The position numbers were made by a program, and so were the translations under genes. This document shows positions 36,023 to 46,323 of a stretch of DNA of 64,000 nucleotides, one piece after another. The stretch's first letter is position 1; every line of letters begins with the position of its first letter. Source of the stretch: Acidobacteriota bacterium (GTDB taxonomy: Bacteria; Acidobacteriota; Thermoanaerobaculia; Gp7-AA8). A model generated the notes under the pieces. That model was not told where the DNA came from and did no database searches. It saw only the letters and a list, made by a program, of their open reading frames with translations. The DNA lies in NCBI GenBank assembly GCA_019247495.1, contig JAFAOU010000033.1, forward strand, positions 14,595 to 78,594, read 5' to 3'.

Positions 36023-36542
36023 CGTGCGCTCCTTCTTCCAACAGCGTTCCCTTCGAATCGCTGTTGTCGATCCATTGCCAGTAATCGACGCGATGCCGAT
36101 AGATGTCGAGAAAGTTTCTTAATCCGCTCGCGAAACGCCTGACGATCACGTCAGTCGGCACATTGTGGCCACCATCCTGAACCCGCCTCGCCACGCGCGC
36201 GATTGCGTCCTCGGCGGTTGGCAGCGACAGAAACACAAGTTTGACAGTGTAACCAGACGCTCTCCATTTCGAAATCCTGCGCGCGTACGTGTGCCCCGAC
36301 AGCGTCGTCTCGAACGCGAAGTTCTCGCCCGCGGCAGTATTCCGATCGATCTCAGCAAGCATCAAACGCCCCGCGCGAAACGCCGCGGCGTCCGGATCGA
36401 AGGGAGAAAGTCCCGCTGCAATCAAGTCCGCGTTGATGAAGAGCGGGCATCCTGCCTCGAACGGAAGGAACTCCTGCGCGAAGGTCGTCTTGCCCGCGCC
36501 GTGGGGACCGGCGATGATGACGATCTTCTTCTCGGCGCTCAT
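36015..36542 (-). CDS. Zeta-toxin-family P-loop kinase (COG4185-like)
   Basis: KIVIIAGPHGAGKTTF Walker A, FINADLIA, FAFETTLSG, HNVPTDVIVRRF are PF06414-like. Confidence 0.7.
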   Translation of the reverse strand: MSAEKKIVIIAGPHGAGKTTFAQEFLPFEAGCPLFINADLIAAGLSPFDPDAAAFRAGRLMLAEIDRNTAAGENFAFETTLSGHTYARRISKWRASGYTVKLVFLSLPTAEDAIARVARRVQDGGHNVPTDVIVRRFASGLRNFLDIYRHRVDYWQWIDNSDSKGTLLEEGAHGE

Positions 36543-36584
36543 CCTCGCCGATTCTCGCAGATCGCCTCGCTATAATCGCCGGCG

Positions 36585-38324
36585 ATGTCCGACGACACCG
36601 CAACACTGCCACGACGCCGCGCGCGGCTGCTGTGGACGCTCCTCGGCGCCATGGTCGTCGTCGGCCTCGTGCCGCTGGTCGTCTCCCACTACTTCCTCAT
36701 CCGCATCAATCGCGACTCGCTGGAGACGCTGGAGCGGAAGTACCTGACGCGGTCCGCGGGCGGCATCGCCACCGACATCCAAAACCTGCTGACCAACAAC
36801 ACGCAGCAGTTGATGAAGATCGCAGGCAACGTGCGGGCGCTCAAGCGCGCCTTGCCCGCGGGCAGCGATCCGTTTATGTACGCGGCGCAGACCGGCATGA
36901 TCGCCGACTACATCACTCCCGACGGCGACCTCCTCGGCATGCGCATTCTCAATCGCGATGGGAAGGGCGCCGAGGCCAAGCCGGCGCAGCTGGATGCGGC
37001 GGTGGCGCAGGAGCTGGATCTGGCGCTGCAGGCCGCGCTCAAAGGTCAGGTTTACACAGGCACGTTCCAGTACGTCACGGCCGCGAACCAACCGGCCGTC
37101 GTCATCGCCGTGCCGGTTGTCGACGACGGCACGAACCTCGGCGCAGTTGAAGCGATCGTCAGTCTGCGCCGCATCAGCGAGCGCATTCGCGACGAGGGAA
37201 AAGGCGACGTGACCGCGTTCGTCGTCAACCGCGGCGGCAAAGTTCTGCTGCACAGCGAAGCCGCGGTCGAAGTGCAGCATCCCGATTTTTCCTATTTGAA
37301 AATCGTGCAGGAGTTTTCAAAAGCGCCCGTCCGCCTCACGATTCCGTACGACGACACGCGCGGCGGCGAGCGGACCACGATGCTCGGAACCGTCGCGCCG
37401 GTACCCGGCCGCGACTGGGGCGTGGTCGTACAAAAACCGGAGAAACTCGCCTACGCCTCGGTATCGAAGATGGTCCGCGCAACGATCACCTGGATCTCCA
37501 TCGCGCTGGCCGTGGCGATCCTCGCGGCGATCCTCTTTGCATCCGGCATCGCTCGCCCCGTTCGTGAGCTGGCCGAGCGCACGCGCGAGATGGCAAACGG
37601 CAACTATCACCAGCGCGTCGAACCGAAAACGCACAACGAGATCGGCGAGCTGGCCGAGAACTTCAACGCCATGTCCGGCGCCATCGAGAGTGCCGTCGAG
37701 CAACTCCGCAAGGCCGCGCACGAGAACCATCTCCTCTTCATCAACGCCGTGCGCATGCTCGCCGCCGCCATCGATGCAAAAGATCCGTACACGCGCGGTC
37801 ACTCCGAGCGCGTCGCTCGGTACTCGATCGCCATCGGAAAGAACCTCGCGCTGAGCGAGCAGGACATGCGCAATCTCCGAATCAGCGCGCTGCTGCACGA
37901 CGTCGGCAAGATCGGCATCGACGACCGCATCCTTCGCAAGCCGGGTGCGCTCAGCGACGATGAGTTCGAAGTGATGAAAGGGCATCCCGCCAAAGGCGCG
38001 GCCATCATGAGCGGCGTCGCCCAACTGATCGACATCATCCCAGGCATGAAATACCACCACGAAAAGTGGAGCGGTGGCGGCTATCCGGACGGGCTGACGG
38101 CGGAAGAGATTCCGATGCAGGCGCGCATCGTGGCCATCGCCGACACCTTCGACGCCATGACCACGAACCGGCCGTATCAGAAGGCGATGGAGCTGAATTA
38201 CGTCGTCGAAAAGATCAAGAGCTTCGCCGGCACGCGCTTCGATCCGCATGTGGTCGACGCCTTCGCGAATGCCGTCAAGCGCGGCGACATCACCATCGAC
38301 GAGCAAGTGCGGGGCGCCGCGTAG
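36585..38324 (+). CDS. Membrane HD-GYP domain protein with periplasmic sensor and HAMP (putative c-di-GMP phosphodiesterase)
   Basis: Two TM helices flanking an approximately 250-aa loop; HAMP (ARPVRELAERTREMANGNY...ENFNAM); RGHSERVA, LLHDVGKIG, HHEKWSGGGYPDG. Confidence 0.88.
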   Translation: MSDDTATLPRRRARLLWTLLGAMVVVGLVPLVVSHYFLIRINRDSLETLERKYLTRSAGGIATDIQNLLTNNTQQLMKIAGNVRALKRALPAGSDPFMYAAQTGMIADYITPDGDLLGMRILNRDGKGAEAKPAQLDAAVAQELDLALQAALKGQVYTGTFQYVTAANQPAVVIAVPVVDDGTNLGAVEAIVSLRRISERIRDEGKGDVTAFVVNRGGKVLLHSEAAVEVQHPDFSYLKIVQEFSKAPVRLTIPYDDTRGGERTTMLGTVAPVPGRDWGVVVQKPEKLAYASVSKMVRATITWISIALAVAILAAILFASGIARPVRELAERTREMANGNYHQRVEPKTHNEIGELAENFNAMSGAIESAVEQLRKAAHENHLLFINAVRMLAAAIDAKDPYTRGHSERVARYSIAIGKNLALSEQDMRNLRISALLHDVGKIGIDDRILRKPGALSDDEFEVMKGHPAKGAAIMSGVAQLIDIIPGMKYHHEKWSGGGYPDGLTAEEIPMQARIVAIADTFDAMTTNRPYQKAMELNYVVEKIKSFAGTRFDPHVVDAFANAVKRGDITIDEQVRGAA

Positions 38325-38693
38325 GTGAGTTTTCGCGACATCCTTGCCGATTTGCTGCAGACGACGCGCGGCGCGATCGGAGCCGCGTTTCTCGATTCCG
38401 AGGGGGAGAGCGTGGAGGTGGCGTCGGCGCGGCCGTTCGATACGGACGACCATGAGCTGCGCGTCATCGGCGCGTACGCCGGCATCTTCCTCTCGCACCT
38501 GCGGCGGATCGCGGAGGCCACCAATAGCGGGTCGTCGGCCCGGTTCAAAATCGACTTTGCGGCCAGCAGGATTTTCTGCTGCGCGCTCGGCGACGGCTAC
38601 TACCTCGTCGCAGTCGTCGACGCAGCGGCCGTCGAAGGCACGGTGTGGCAGGGACTGGAGCGATGCCGCGCGGCGTTGCTCGCGGAAATGTAA
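38325..38693 (+). CDS. Roadblock/LC7 (MglB-like) domain protein
   Basis: GTG start immediately after the HD-GYP stop. LLQTTRGAIGAAFLDSEGESV...DGYYLVAVVD fits the Roadblock pattern. Confidence 0.5.
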   Translation: MSFRDILADLLQTTRGAIGAAFLDSEGESVEVASARPFDTDDHELRVIGAYAGIFLSHLRRIAEATNSGSSARFKIDFAASRIFCCALGDGYYLVAVVDAAAVEGTVWQGLERCRAALLAEM

Positions 38694-39157
38694 TGGCCGC
38701 ACCCTTGCAAAACATGCGAACGATGAATCGTACGATCGTGATGGCGATGCTGGCCGCGGCGCTCGCCGCCGGCTGCGGCGGAAAATCGAAGGCCGCCGCG
38801 ACGGCGAAGCCGCAGTCGGAAATGCGCACCATCGACTCTTCCGATCTCCGTCCCGCCGCCGTCGATCCGCCGCCGATGCTCACCGACGAAGCGCCGCCGG
38901 TCAAAACGGTCACCGGCCTCGCGCAAGCCGACGCTCCCCCTCCGCCGACGCCGGCCGACGAAGCGCTGCGCGCCTCGCTGCCGTTCACGCCTGCCATCGC
39001 TATGGACCCGATCGACGGCAGCAAGATTTCCATCCGCGCCTCGATCCCCACCGTCGAATACAAGAACAAGCTCTACTACTTCGCCAACGAAGACCACAAA
39101 CGCACGTTCATGGCCAACCCCGAGCAATACACGAAGGGGCTGTTCTCGCACTTGTAA
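38693..39157 (+). CDS. YHS-domain lipoprotein
   Basis: ATG overlaps the upstream stop (TAATG). Lipobox LAAGC. Pro-rich linker. C-terminal DPIDGSKI...[24 protein letters not shown] (YHS-like). Confidence 0.6.
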   Translation: MAAPLQNMRTMNRTIVMAMLAAALAAGCGGKSKAAATAKPQSEMRTIDSSDLRPAAVDPPPMLTDEAPPVKTVTGLAQADAPPPPTPADEALRASLPFTPAIAMDPIDGSKISIRASIPTVEYKNKLYYFANEDHKRTFMANPEQYTKGLFSHL

Positions 39158-39187
39158 GCGGATCATCTGCTAATCTCGCCTTCGAGT

Positions 39188-39264
39188 GGCCCCGTAGCTC
39201 AGGTGGATAGAGCAGCGGTTTCCTAAACCGTTTGTCGGGCGTTCGAGTCGCCCCGGGGCCACCA
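39188..39264 (+). tRNA. tRNA-Arg (anticodon CCT), CCA encoded
   Basis: Hand-folded cloverleaf: acceptor GGCCCCG/CGGGGCC, D arm GCTC-AGGTGGATA-GAGC, anticodon arm GCGGT-TTCCTAA-ACCGT, variable TTGTC, T arm GGGCG-TTCGAGT-CGCCC, then ACCA. Confidence 0.9.
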
Positions 39265-39346
39265 GAATCCCTCCCCAATTCACCACTTTTGGCGTCGATC
39301 TCGCACTAGGTTATTCGTAGTTCGAAGTCGATTTTTCCAGGGGAGG

Positions 39347-39997
39347 GTGCGATTGAATCCAGCCGCGAAACTCATCAGCCGAGGTCTCGTCGTCGTCAGT
39401 TTGGTCCTCGGCGTTTCTGCTTCGGCGCAGACGCAGTGCCATTGGTGGCAGTTTCGTTGTGATGCGGACAAACAGGTCGAAGGGTTGCCAGCCGACGCGC
39501 CGCGGACGGGAACGGTGATCACGATCGATACCGGAACGAACCGGCTCTACCTCTTCAAAGATGGCCAGCTAGTCGATAAGTCGCTAGCGGCAACCGGCAG
39601 CGAAAAACTTCTGAAGAAGGGCAGCAAGGTGTGGTTGTTCCGCACGCCGCAGGGACATTTGAAGGTGCTGCGGAAGATCGAGGATCCGGTCTGGACGAAG
39701 CCGGATTGGGCGTTCATCGAGGCGGGTGAACCGGTGCCGCCGCTGAATTCGCCGCTGCGAAAAGTGAAAGGACACCTCGGCAAGTACGCGCTCGACCTCG
39801 GCGACGGAATCATGATCCACGGCACCGACGAGTATGACTCGATCGGGCGCAAGGCCTCGCACGGCTGCATCCGGCTACCCGAGGACATGCTGGAGCGGGT
39901 TTACAGGGAGACACCGATCGGCGCGGATGTCTTCATCTTCGAGAGTCAGGTCCCGCAGACGGCGGCAAAGAGGGAGCGGCACAGCGACCTGGATTAG
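39347..39997 (+). CDS. L,D-transpeptidase (YkuD domain)
   Basis: Signal peptide. IMIHGTDEYDSIGRKASHGCIRL catalytic His/Cys motif. Confidence 0.85.
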   Translation: MRLNPAAKLISRGLVVVSLVLGVSASAQTQCHWWQFRCDADKQVEGLPADAPRTGTVITIDTGTNRLYLFKDGQLVDKSLAATGSEKLLKKGSKVWLFRTPQGHLKVLRKIEDPVWTKPDWAFIEAGEPVPPLNSPLRKVKGHLGKYALDLGDGIMIHGTDEYDSIGRKASHGCIRLPEDMLERVYRETPIGADVFIFESQVPQTAAKRERHSDLD

Positions 39998-40006
39998 CGT
40001 TGAAAC

Positions 40007-40116
40007 GTAGCGCCGACGGCTCGTCGGCTGGACCGCCGGCGGCTCGCCGGCATGGTGGTGTGGCGTAACGTGCCGCCGAGCCGGCGGCGGTCCAGCCGGC
40101 CAGCGGCCGGCGCTAC
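40007..40116. repeat. GCCGGCTGGACCGCCGGCGG-type long palindromic element
   Basis: gtagcgccgacggctcgtcggctggaccgccggcggctcg (40007-40046) pairs with cgagccggcggcggtccagccggccagcggccggcgctac (40077-40116). Lies between convergent genes. Related to 56755..56896. Confidence 0.8.
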
Positions 40117-40130
40117 ATTTTCGAGGGACG

Positions 40131-41495
<1,365 letters not shown>

Positions 41496-41612
41496 GTCCA
41501 GAAATCATACAGCCGTATCGATCCGAAACAGCCGCAAAAGCGTCAGACGCACCTAAGTTGCTGATTCTAAAAGGAGTCTTGCGTGGTACCGCCCTTGGAC
41601 TAAGGGCCAGCC

Positions 41613-41936
41613 ATGAACATCCTGCACGCAATCACGCTCGCCGCTCTCCTTCACCACGCACCGGCCGCTCCCGCCGTGACCTGCCACACGGGGACCGTGT
41701 CGTACAAATTCGTCGGCGCGCCAGGCGCGACGTTCACCTACGCCGGAGCGAAGTACTCGATTCCAGCCTCGGGCTGGATTGAGCTGATCAGCGACAACGG
41801 CGGCAAGGTCTATCTGGCCGCGAACGGCCGCACGCTGCCGCTCGATGTGTGGCCGATCGATGCGTTCGGAACGCGAACGGTTCCCGTGCAGCCGCCCGCT
41901 ACGGCCGACAACACCACCCCCACGCTCAACAACTGA
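41613..41936 (+). CDS. Small secreted protein, unknown family
   Basis: 107 aa. Signal-like MNILHAITLAALLHHAPAAPA, beta-rich body, Pro/Thr tail. Divergent from the EBP. Confidence 0.5.
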   Translation: MNILHAITLAALLHHAPAAPAVTCHTGTVSYKFVGAPGATFTYAGAKYSIPASGWIELISDNGGKVYLAANGRTLPLDVWPIDAFGTRTVPVQPPATADNTTPTLNN

Positions 41937-41961
41937 GACCACTTCAAACAAGGAGAATCCC

Positions 41962-42096
41962 ATGACACAGATCAGACAGCTCGTAGTCGAAACCACCGCA
42001 GACCTACGCTTCGGCCGCCAATCGTGGCGAGTTCTCGGCATGCTGTGGTCCGTCGCGTTGGTGATTGCCGTTGCCGCCGCGGTTGTCCCGCACTAA
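41962..42096 (+). CDS. 44-aa single-TM protein, unknown family
   Basis: Inside track ORF 41845..42096, trimmed to ATG 41962 with AAGGAG 6 nt upstream. MTQIRQLVVETTADLRFGRQSWRVLGMLWSVALVIAVAAAVVPH. Confidence 0.45.
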   Translation: MTQIRQLVVETTADLRFGRQSWRVLGMLWSVALVIAVAAAVVPH

Positions 42097-42111
42097 TTCG
42101 AGGAGACGAAC

Positions 42112-42495
42112 ATGCGCGACCTCCGACGCATCACTCTCATCGCCCGCGGCGCAATGACGGCAGGACGTTCCTGGGACGCTTCGAATCGCGCCACGAACCG
42201 CATCATCTTCGTGAACGGCTTCTCGATCCTGACCGGCGCGCTCCATCACGCATCACAGGACGTCGAACGGCTCGTGATCGACGGCGCCGCGACCGAGAGT
42301 CAGTTCCTCGATCTCCTCACGACACTGCCGGGCGACTTCTTCGGCGACGTGCTCTTCGTGAGCGGCGACGACCGCGCGTTCCTGAGCACGACCTGCCGGG
42401 CAGGCGGACGGATGCTGTACGCGATGTTGCCGGCTGACGTCCAGTTCTATTTCGAGGCGCATCGCCTGGTAACGAAAACATCGATCGCCGCGTGA
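42112..42495 (+). CDS. Cytoplasmic protein, unknown family
   Basis: 127 aa. GAGGAG 6 nt upstream of the ATG. Good third-position bias. No motif recognised. Confidence 0.5.
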   Translation: MRDLRRITLIARGAMTAGRSWDASNRATNRIIFVNGFSILTGALHHASQDVERLVIDGAATESQFLDLLTTLPGDFFGDVLFVSGDDRAFLSTTCRAGGRMLYAMLPADVQFYFEAHRLVTKTSIAA

Positions 42496-42510
42496 TTCGT
42501 TGCGGCCGTT

Positions 42511-42536
42511 CTCCGCGACTCCGCGACTCCGCGTGA
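42511..42536. repeat. (GCGGAGAC/GTCGCGGAG)-type repeat, solo arm
   Basis: ctccgcgactccgcgactccgcgtga resembles the right arm of 25472..25532. No partner arm seen. Confidence 0.5.
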
Positions 42537-42555
42537 CCGTGCTACCTTAACGGCA

Positions 42556-43209
42556 GTGCAACTCTGGACGTCGTTTCAGCATACGGGATGGGTGGGGAAA
42601 GCCGTCCTGGGAGTGTTGCTGCTGTTCTCGATCGGCTCGTGGGCGGTGATGTTCGTGATCGCCCTTCGCTTCAGCCGGTCGGCCGCGGCATCGCGGCGGT
42701 TCATGTTCGCCTTCCGGCGCGCGAAGAAGCTGGCCGAAGTTCATGCGATTACCGCGAAGTCATCGCATTCGTCGCTGGTCGGACTGTTCAAGGCGGGTTA
42801 CGCCGAGATCGAAGCGCAGATCGCGCACGCGAACACGCAGATGATCCGATCGCTCGACAGCGTGGAGCGCTCGCTGCTGCGCGCGTCGCGCATCGAAGCG
42901 TCGCGGCTGTCGAAATACCTTCCGTTCCTGGCCACGACCGCGGCCGCGTCGCCCTTCATCGGCCTGTTCGGAACGGTGTGGGGAATCATGGACGCCTTCG
43001 CCACGATCGGCGCCACCGCGACAACGTCGATCACCTCCGTCGCTCCCGGCATCAGCGAGGCGCTCATCAACACGGCCGCCGGGCTCTTCGCCGCAATCCC
43101 GGCCCTGCTCGCGTACAACCATTTCGTGCAGCGCATGCGTCAGGCGCGCGGCGAGATGGAGGATTTCACGCTGGAGTTTCTGAATCTGACCGAGCGGAAC
43201 TTTATGTAG
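42556..43209 (+). CDS. tolQ: Tol-Pal system protein TolQ (MotA/TolQ/ExbB family)
   Basis: GTG start. Three TM helices. [42 protein letters not shown]. Confidence 0.88.
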   Translation: MQLWTSFQHTGWVGKAVLGVLLLFSIGSWAVMFVIALRFSRSAAASRRFMFAFRRAKKLAEVHAITAKSSHSSLVGLFKAGYAEIEAQIAHANTQMIRSLDSVERSLLRASRIEASRLSKYLPFLATTAAASPFIGLFGTVWGIMDAFATIGATATTSITSVAPGISEALINTAAGLFAAIPALLAYNHFVQRMRQARGEMEDFTLEFLNLTERNFM

Positions 43210-43253
43210 CCGCGGTTACCAACCGGAAACCGCAACCGTCTAAGCGACAACAC

Positions 43254-43691
43254 ATGGCCTTCCGATTCGATCACGGCGACGACTACGGCGACATGGCCGA
43301 GATCAACGTCACGCCACTCGTCGACGTCATGCTCGTGCTGCTGATCATCTTCATGGTCACCACGCCGATGCTGACGCAGGGGCTGACAGTGGCGCTGCCG
43401 GCCGCGGAGGGAAAGAGTTTCGAGCTGGCCTCGAACAATCCCGCGAAGATTCAGGTGACGGCAACCGGCGCGGTCTACCTCGACGGCATCGCCGCAGGCT
43501 CGTCGAATCTCGATCAAAGCCTCGGGCCGATGCTTCGGGCGCGGCGTGTGAAGCGTGCGCTGCTCGAAGCCGACAAAGCTGTTCCGTATGGACGCGTCGT
43601 TGCAGTGCTCGACATCATGAATCGCGCCGGTGTCGAGCAACTCGGGATGGTGACGCAGCCGAAGGAGAGGGATGGACGACCGCATCGGTGA
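43254..43691 (+). CDS. tolR: Tol-Pal system protein TolR (ExbD family)
   Basis: Track ORF 42588.. trimmed to ATG 43254. EINVTPLVDVMLVLLIIFMV, ADKAVPYGRVVAVLD. Confidence 0.88.
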   Translation: MAFRFDHGDDYGDMAEINVTPLVDVMLVLLIIFMVTTPMLTQGLTVALPAAEGKSFELASNNPAKIQVTATGAVYLDGIAAGSSNLDQSLGPMLRARRVKRALLEADKAVPYGRVVAVLDIMNRAGVEQLGMVTQPKERDGRPHR

Positions 43692-44415
43692 TCTCCTCGC
43701 CGAGCGCGCCCACCTCGGCGGCAATCCCGCGGGCGGCATCGCCGTTTCGGTGCTCCTCCACGGCGCGCTCGCGGCCGGAATCATCTACGCGGCCCTGCAT
43801 GCCGCCGCGCCGCAGGAGGTTTCGACGCTGAACATCAAATTTGTGGCACCGAGCGTCGGGAGTCGGGAGTCGGGAGTCGTCGCTCCGACACCCGACTCCC
43901 GACTCCCGACTCCCGAGAAGAAACTCACCATTCCGGAGCCGGTGGCCGAAGCACCGAAGCCGCTGGTGAAGAGCGAGCCGAAGACCGTGCCGTTGTCGAA
44001 CTTCGGACGATCGACGAAGAAAGGTTCGGAAACGCCTCCGGCGCCCCACGTCCAACCGCCCACTCCGCAGATCGCCACCAAACCGGGGGTCGCCGGAGGA
44101 ATCGACATCCCCATCGGCTCCGCGGGCGTCACTGGCATCGAAGGCGACTTCCCGTACACGATTTACGTCGATCGCATGAAGACGCTGATCGGTCAGCGCT
44201 GGCTGCGGCCGCAGGTGGGCACGGGCATTACCACCACGGTTTCCTTCACGATCGATCGCGATGGAACGATCCGCGATGCGAAAAACGAAATCCTCAGCGG
44301 CAATGGCACGTTCGACCGGGCAGCGTTGCGCGCCGTGCTCGAAGCGTCGCCACTTCCACCGCTGCCGTTCGGCTACAACGGCACATTCCTTGGCGTACAC
44401 CTCACATTTCGATGA
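43672..44415 (+). CDS. TonB-family energy transducer in the TolA position
   Basis: GAAGGAGAGG RBS. TM anchor, Pro-rich linker, and a TonB_C-like end (YVDRMKTLIGQRW...FTIDRDGTIRD...GNGTFDRAAL). The linker contains the hairpin repeat 43856..43916. Confidence 0.8.
   Translation: MDDRIGDLLAERAHLGGNPAGGIAVSVLLHGALAAGIIYAALHAAAPQEVSTLNIKFVAPSVGSRESGVVAPTPDSRLPTPEKKLTIPEPVAEAPKPLVKSEPKTVPLSNFGRSTKKGSETPPAPHVQPPTPQIATKPGVAGGIDIPIGSAGVTGIEGDFPYTIYVDRMKTLIGQRWLRPQVGTGITTTVSFTIDRDGTIRDAKNEILSGNGTFDRAALRAVLEASPLPPLPFGYNGTFLGVHLTFR
43856..43916. repeat. (GGGAGTC)n hairpin repeat, intragenic copy in the TolA-like linker
   Basis: gtcgggagtcgggagtcgggagtcg - tcgctc - cgacacccgactcccgactcccgactcccgag. Translated as VGSRESGVVAPTPDSRLPTPE. 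Confidence 0.85.
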
Positions 44416-45674
44416 AACGAACGACCTCACTCCTCGCACTCCTCTTTTCTATCGCCGCGATGCCGCTGGCGTCGCAGACGCAGATCCATCCCGAGATCGA
44501 TCCGAGCAAAGCGATCCAGATTGCGCGCATCGCCATTCCGCGTCCGGAGACGACGCTGCCGCTTGAGACGATCAACGCGCCGTTCTTTGCGCCGCTGACG
44601 CGCGACCTCGCATACTCCGGCGTCTTCGCGATCGCTCCGATTCCGCCGAACATCCCGGCCGGCGTTGATCTCGCCAAAGCGGCCGGCGCGCAATTCGTCC
44701 TGTCACTGAAGCTCGATCAGGTGGGAGAAGACTTCAACATCGACGCGCGACTGCTCGACTCCACCGGCGCCACGCAGTTCGGCAAGCGCTATCGCGGTGG
44801 ATCGGCGGCGTTGCCTCGCATCGCCCACATGCTCGGCAACGACCTGGTGCGCTTCGTCAACGGCAAGCCGGGCATCTTCCTCTCGATGATCGGCTTCGCC
44901 TCGAATCGCACCGGCAACTTCGAAATCTGGCTGATGGATTGGGACGGCTCGAATCAGCGACAGATCACGCGTCACAACGCGCTCTCGATTCTTCCGAGCT
45001 GGTCGGCCGACAACGAACGGATGGTTTACACCTCCTTCGCGCGCGGCACGAGCGACATGTACATCATCAACCGGCGCGGTGGGGCACGAACCCACGTCGC
45101 GACCGGTCTGAACCTCAACACATCCGCGACCTTCTCGCCGATCAGCAACGACATCGCGTTCGTCGGCTCCGTCGCGGGCAATCCCGACATCTACGTCGTC
45201 AAGGACGACGGCACGAACCTGCGCCGGCTGACGCACGACTCGTCGATCGAATCGACGCCCGAGTGGAGTCCGAACGGACGGCAGATCTCCTTCACGTCCG
45301 GCCGCAGCGGCTCGCCGCAGATCTACACGATGGACGCCGAAGGCTCGAACGTGCAGCGCATCTCGTTCGAAGGCGAATGGAACGACGACGCCACGTGGTC
45401 GCCGGACGGATCGCAGATCGCCTACACCTCGCGCGTCAACGGACGCTTTCAAATCCGCATCGCCGACCTCGCCAATCACCAGAGCCGCATCCTGGCCGGC
45501 GAGGGATCGAACGAGCAGCCCGCATGGTCGCCGGACGGCAAATGGATCGCCTTCCAATCCAACCGCAGCGGCACCTGGCAAATCTATCGGATGCGCGTCG
45601 ACGGCACCGACCTTCTGCAACTCACGTTCGAACGAGAGAACAAAGATCCCGATTGGTCGAAGAAGGGCGATTGA
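44412..45674 (+). CDS. tolB: Tol-Pal system beta-propeller protein TolB
   Basis: ATGA overlap with the upstream stop. Signal peptide. Repeated WSPDG / PxWSxD propeller blades. Confidence 0.9.
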   Translation: MKRTTSLLALLFSIAAMPLASQTQIHPEIDPSKAIQIARIAIPRPETTLPLETINAPFFAPLTRDLAYSGVFAIAPIPPNIPAGVDLAKAAGAQFVLSLKLDQVGEDFNIDARLLDSTGATQFGKRYRGGSAALPRIAHMLGNDLVRFVNGKPGIFLSMIGFASNRTGNFEIWLMDWDGSNQRQITRHNALSILPSWSADNERMVYTSFARGTSDMYIINRRGGARTHVATGLNLNTSATFSPISNDIAFVGSVAGNPDIYVVKDDGTNLRRLTHDSSIESTPEWSPNGRQISFTSGRSGSPQIYTMDAEGSNVQRISFEGEWNDDATWSPDGSQIAYTSRVNGRFQIRIADLANHQSRILAGEGSNEQPAWSPDGKWIAFQSNRSGTWQIYRMRVDGTDLLQLTFERENKDPDWSKKGD

Positions 45675-45715
45675 GGCTGTATCATCGAAACGCCATCAAG
45701 AAGGAGTACACATTC

Positions 45716-46321
45716 ATGAGTAAGTCATTCAAATCATTCGCGGTGACACTGGTTCTGCTCGCGGCCGTAGTCGTACCGGCCTGCCAGAAAAAGAAGCCGG
45801 TCGTCGCACCATCGGCAACGGCTACGGTCGCACCGGCGACCATCCCCGACGTCCCGCTCACCGTTACCACCGCCACGGTGCAGACGGTCACCGAGCCAAC
45901 CGACTTCGTAAAAACGAACACGGACGTCACCACGGAGACTCTTCCGAATGACATCGGCGAGTTGAACCGCGTCGCACAGTCGCGCGGATACATCGCCGAT
46001 GCCTTCTTCGAATACAACGACTCGTCGCTTTCGTCCGACGCGCAGACGGCGTTGACGAACTCCGCGACCTGGTTGAAGAAGAACGGCCAGTACAACCTCC
46101 TCATCGAAGGTCATTGCGACGAACGCGGCACCGAGCAATACAACCTGGCCCTCGGCGACCGCCGCGCGAACCAGGCCAAGGAGTATCTCGTTACCCTCGG
46201 CGTCGATGCCGCCCGCATCCGCACCGTCAGCTACGGCGAAGAGCGTCCGTTCGATCCCGGCCACGATGAATCGGCGTGGTCGAAGAACCGCCGCGACCAT
46301 CTCGTCCTCGTAGGAAGATAA
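45716..46321 (+). CDS. pal: Peptidoglycan-associated lipoprotein Pal (OmpA-like)
   Basis: Track ORF 44939.. trimmed to ATG 45716 (AAGGAG upstream). Lipobox VVPAC. IEGHCDERGTEQYNLALGDRRA, NRRDHLVL. Confidence 0.9.
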   Translation: MSKSFKSFAVTLVLLAAVVVPACQKKKPVVAPSATATVAPATIPDVPLTVTTATVQTVTEPTDFVKTNTDVTTETLPNDIGELNRVAQSRGYIADAFFEYNDSSLSSDAQTALTNSATWLKKNGQYNLLIEGHCDERGTEQYNLALGDRRANQAKEYLVTLGVDAARIRTVSYGEERPFDPGHDESAWSKNRRDHLVLVGR

Positions 46322-46323
46322 AA

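Noticed and set aside
37317-38702. 461-aa ORF antisense to the HD-GYP and Roadblock genes
   Set aside because: It is a shadow ORF opposite clear HAMP/HD-GYP motifs.
39188-40130. tRNA-Arg as an integration site for a genomic island
   Set aside because: There is no integrase, no visible direct repeat of the tRNA 3' end, and the only downstream gene before the next palindrome is an ordinary L,D-transpeptidase.
41547-41599. Sigma-54 promoter annotation upstream of the small-ORF cluster
   Set aside because: Both candidates break an invariant position (CG instead of GG at -24, or GG instead of GC at -12). The better one would leave almost no leader. It is mentioned only within a finding, not called as a feature.
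42588-43253. Long upstream extension of the tolR ORF, and similarly 44939..45715 for pal and 46276..46323 for cpoB
   Set aside because: The extensions run through tolQ and tolB in other frames. The internal ATGs with RBS give canonical TolR, Pal and CpoB N-termini (TM anchor, lipobox, signal peptide).
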